This document shows positions 61,937 to 64,000 of a stretch of 64,000 nucleotides of DNA, piece by piece (within the stretch, counting starts at the first letter, position 1; each line of letters begins with the position of its first letter). The stretch is from Abditibacteriaceae bacterium. GTDB taxonomy: Bacteria; Armatimonadota; Abditibacteriia; Abditibacteriales; Abditibacteriaceae. The notes under the pieces are model-generated. The model ran no database searches and was not told the origin of the DNA. It worked only from the letters and a program-made list of their open reading frames with translations. The stretch spans positions 512,001-576,000 of the forward strand of contig OZ255721.1 of assembly GCA_965277285.1 (NCBI GenBank). Reading direction: 5' to 3'. The position numbers were made by a program, and so were the translations under genes.

Positions 61937-63688
61937 ATGGCAAATTTTCGTTTTCCTCACAGCGCACCGACGCAAACCGATAATCCGCCGCACCGAGCAC
62001 GCCGCTGGATGCCAGGCGTGCTGAACGATTATCAGAAAGCGTGGCTGGCGCCCGACGTTGTGGCGGGCGTGACGCTGGCTGCGGTCGCCATTCCCGAATG
62101 CATGGGCTACACCAAAATCGTGGGTACGCCGGTCGTGACCGGGCTTTACACTATTTTGCTGCCCATCACTGTTTTCGCATTGCTTGGCTCGTCGCGTCAT
62201 CTGGTTGTGGGCGCAGATTCGGCGACGGCGGCCATTCTTTTTGCGGGTTTGATTGGCCTGGCGCATCCTTACACGCCTCAATGGGTCGCGCTTTGTGCGG
62301 CGGCGGCGCTGTTGACGGCCTTCTTGCTGCTGCTCGCCAGTGTGTTGAAGTTGGGCTTCCTGTCCGATTTCCTGTCGCGCACCGTTCTGGTTGGCTTTTT
62401 GAGCGGTGTCGGCGTTTCGTTGTTATTGGGTCAACTGCCGGAAATGTTAGGACTTCCCTTGCGCGGCAAAGGCGTTCTGGGACATCTCGCCGCGATCTGG
62501 CGCGAGTTGCCGCAAACGCACCTGGCGACGTTGGGAATGGCGTTGGGCGTGATGGCGGTCATTCTGCTTTGCGAAAAGTTCGCGCGGCGTGTTCCTGGGT
62601 CGTTGTTGGCCGTCGTGTTGGCGATTGGCGCAACGTGGATGTTTGGCCTCGAACGCTATGGGCTGGCCGTTGTCGGGCGCGTGCAACCCGGTTTGCCTTC
62701 GCTGCGTTTGCCGCCGCTTTCGTCTTCAATTGCCTCGCATTTGGGCGCGACGGCGGCCTCGATGTTTCTGGTGATCGTCGCGCAAAGTGCGGCGACGGCG
62801 CGCTCCTTCGCGCAAAAATACTCCGAACCCTTGAACGAAAACCGCGACCTTTTCGCGCTGAGCGCCGCCAATGCGCTGGCCGCTGTGTCGGGAACTTTCG
62901 TCGTCAACGGCAGCCCGACCAAAACCGCCGTGGTGGATGCAGCGGGTAGCCGCACGCAGGTCGCGCAATTGACAACAGCGGGCGTCACGCTGGCGGTGCT
63001 GCTTTTTGCGACCTCGTTGATCGCGCGCCTGCCCAACGCGGCGCTGGCCACGATTGTGTTTCTGATTGGCATTAAGTTGGTGGATATGCGTTCTTTGCGA
63101 CAGATTTGGACGTTTCGCAAAACCACTTTCGCCGTCGCTTTGTTGACGTTATCGGGCGTGGTGTTTTTCGGTGTCGAAAAAGGTATTTTTCTCGCCATCG
63201 CCTTGTCGCTGCTCGATCATTTGAGACAGGAATATCATCCCAAAGATGTTTTGCTGGTGCCGCACGAAAGTGGCTGGAAGGCGGAAAAAGCGGAAGCGGG
63301 GCACGAAAGCGCGCCTGGAATGCTAATTTATCGCTTTGAAGCGCCGTTGTTTTTCGCCAACGCCGATTATTTCGCGGCGCGCCTGCAAACCTTGATCGAA
63401 AGAGCGCCGCATCCTGTCAAGTTTCTGGTGATCGATATGGCGAGCATGAGCGATGTTGATTACACCGGCGGACTGATGTTGCTTTCAACGCTGACGCACT
63501 GGCAAAAGCAAGGCGTTGCTATTACGTGCGCGCAAGCCGACGACGTGCGCGGCTCGCTCGATTCCCTGGGCATCACGGCGCTGGTGGGAAGCGGCAACAT
63601 CTTCGATTCGGTGCAAAATGCCGTGAACTCGTTTCCTAAACAAACAACGACGGCTTTGCCAAATTCAAAAGAGGTAGACGTTGAGTAG
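61937..63688 (+). CDS. SulP/SLC26 family anion transporter with STAS domain
   Basis: DVVAGVT.AAVAIPE.MGY, GSSRHL, YRFEAPLFFANA; start uncertain. Confidence 0.93.
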   Translation: MANFRFPHSAPTQTDNPPHRARRWMPGVLNDYQKAWLAPDVVAGVTLAAVAIPECMGYTKIVGTPVVTGLYTILLPITVFALLGSSRHLVVGADSATAAILFAGLIGLAHPYTPQWVALCAAAALLTAFLLLLASVLKLGFLSDFLSRTVLVGFLSGVGVSLLLGQLPEMLGLPLRGKGVLGHLAAIWRELPQTHLATLGMALGVMAVILLCEKFARRVPGSLLAVVLAIGATWMFGLERYGLAVVGRVQPGLPSLRLPPLSSSIASHLGATAASMFLVIVAQSAATARSFAQKYSEPLNENRDLFALSAANALAAVSGTFVVNGSPTKTAVVDAAGSRTQVAQLTTAGVTLAVLLFATSLIARLPNAALATIVFLIGIKLVDMRSLRQIWTFRKTTFAVALLTLSGVVFFGVEKGIFLAIALSLLDHLRQEYHPKDVLLVPHESGWKAEKAEAGHESAPGMLIYRFEAPLFFANADYFAARLQTLIERAPHPVKFLVIDMASMSDVDYTGGLMLLSTLTHWQKQGVAITCAQADDVRGSLDSLGITALVGSGNIFDSVQNAVNSFPKQTTTALPNSKEVDVE

Positions 63689-63899
63689 AGGAGCTTGGAC
63701 GTTCAGAAAAATGTCGCGCTGTTTGCTTACATATTTGTGGATTGAGATACAAGAATCCGTTGCGGCACGTTATCGAGTACTCGATAACGCATTGAAAAGC
63801 CGCAAACTATTTTCTCAATGCGAGAATAGTTTTTGCTGAACCTTTGGGATGAACCTTTCGATAATGGCTCAGGTGACGAGATACATCAAACTATCCAAG

Positions 63900-63988
63900 A
63901 AAGAACGCCATGCATCAGCGACGGGTGAAACGTAATGGATGGCTGAAACTTTTACGTTTCGCCCGTCGCTGATGCACGGCGTTCTTTT
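63900..63988. repeat. REP-like hairpin, same family as 16262-16348
   Basis: AAGAACGCC..AGCGACGGGTGAAAC / GTTTCGCCCGTCGCT..GGCGTTCTT. Confidence 0.75.
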
Positions 63989-64000
63989 TATTGACTCACT

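Larger units (their letters stand above)
276..63784. repeat. Dispersed highly iterated 12-bp palindrome TCGAGTACTCGA (~40 exact copies)
   Basis: Exact copies start at 276,1420,2955,4720,5610,6493,7465,9004,10402,12104,12553,13238,14001,15400,16164,17009,18182,18700,19743,20621,23022,23830,24085,24736,26216,27162,28929,29429,31420,34607,42903,45387,46075,48729,50902,55415,58576,60804,61855,63773. Confidence 0.97.

Noticed and set aside
276..63784. 12-mer as adapter, linker or assembly artefact
   Set aside because: It stays in frame inside intact conserved genes, shows graded degeneracy, and is built into natural hairpins.

Overview
GC-rich bacterial chromosomal window. The RpoB/RpoC style suggests a Terrabacteria lineage, possibly Armatimonadota/Abditibacteriota (inference only). 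It carries housekeeping genes (purEK, dacB, smpB, an N-terminal-half carB, tatA/B, moeA, hemD, feoAAB, larE, namZ, sbcD, ung, rpoBC) and a ~15 kb potassium island: kdpFABC, a CPA1 antiporter, a KimA-like APC permease, a split KdpD system and twin response regulators with an output domain I do not recognise. The most striking signal is not a gene. The 12-bp perfect palindrome TCGAGTACTCGA occurs about 40 times exactly (counted by eye), plus roughly 20 near-matches, against a chance expectation of about 0.004 copies. It lies both between and inside genes in all three frames (SSTR, IEYS, RVLD/E), is fairly evenly spaced at about 1 kb, and forms the core of terminator-like hairpins. This looks like a HIP1-like or DNA-uptake-sequence-like genome-wide motif system that I do not recognise from known families. 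Other features include several REP/REPIN-type hairpin families (some nested), a 12 x 21-bp degenerate array upstream of the kdpD sensor gene, and a structured, terminator-containing leader upstream of kdpF.
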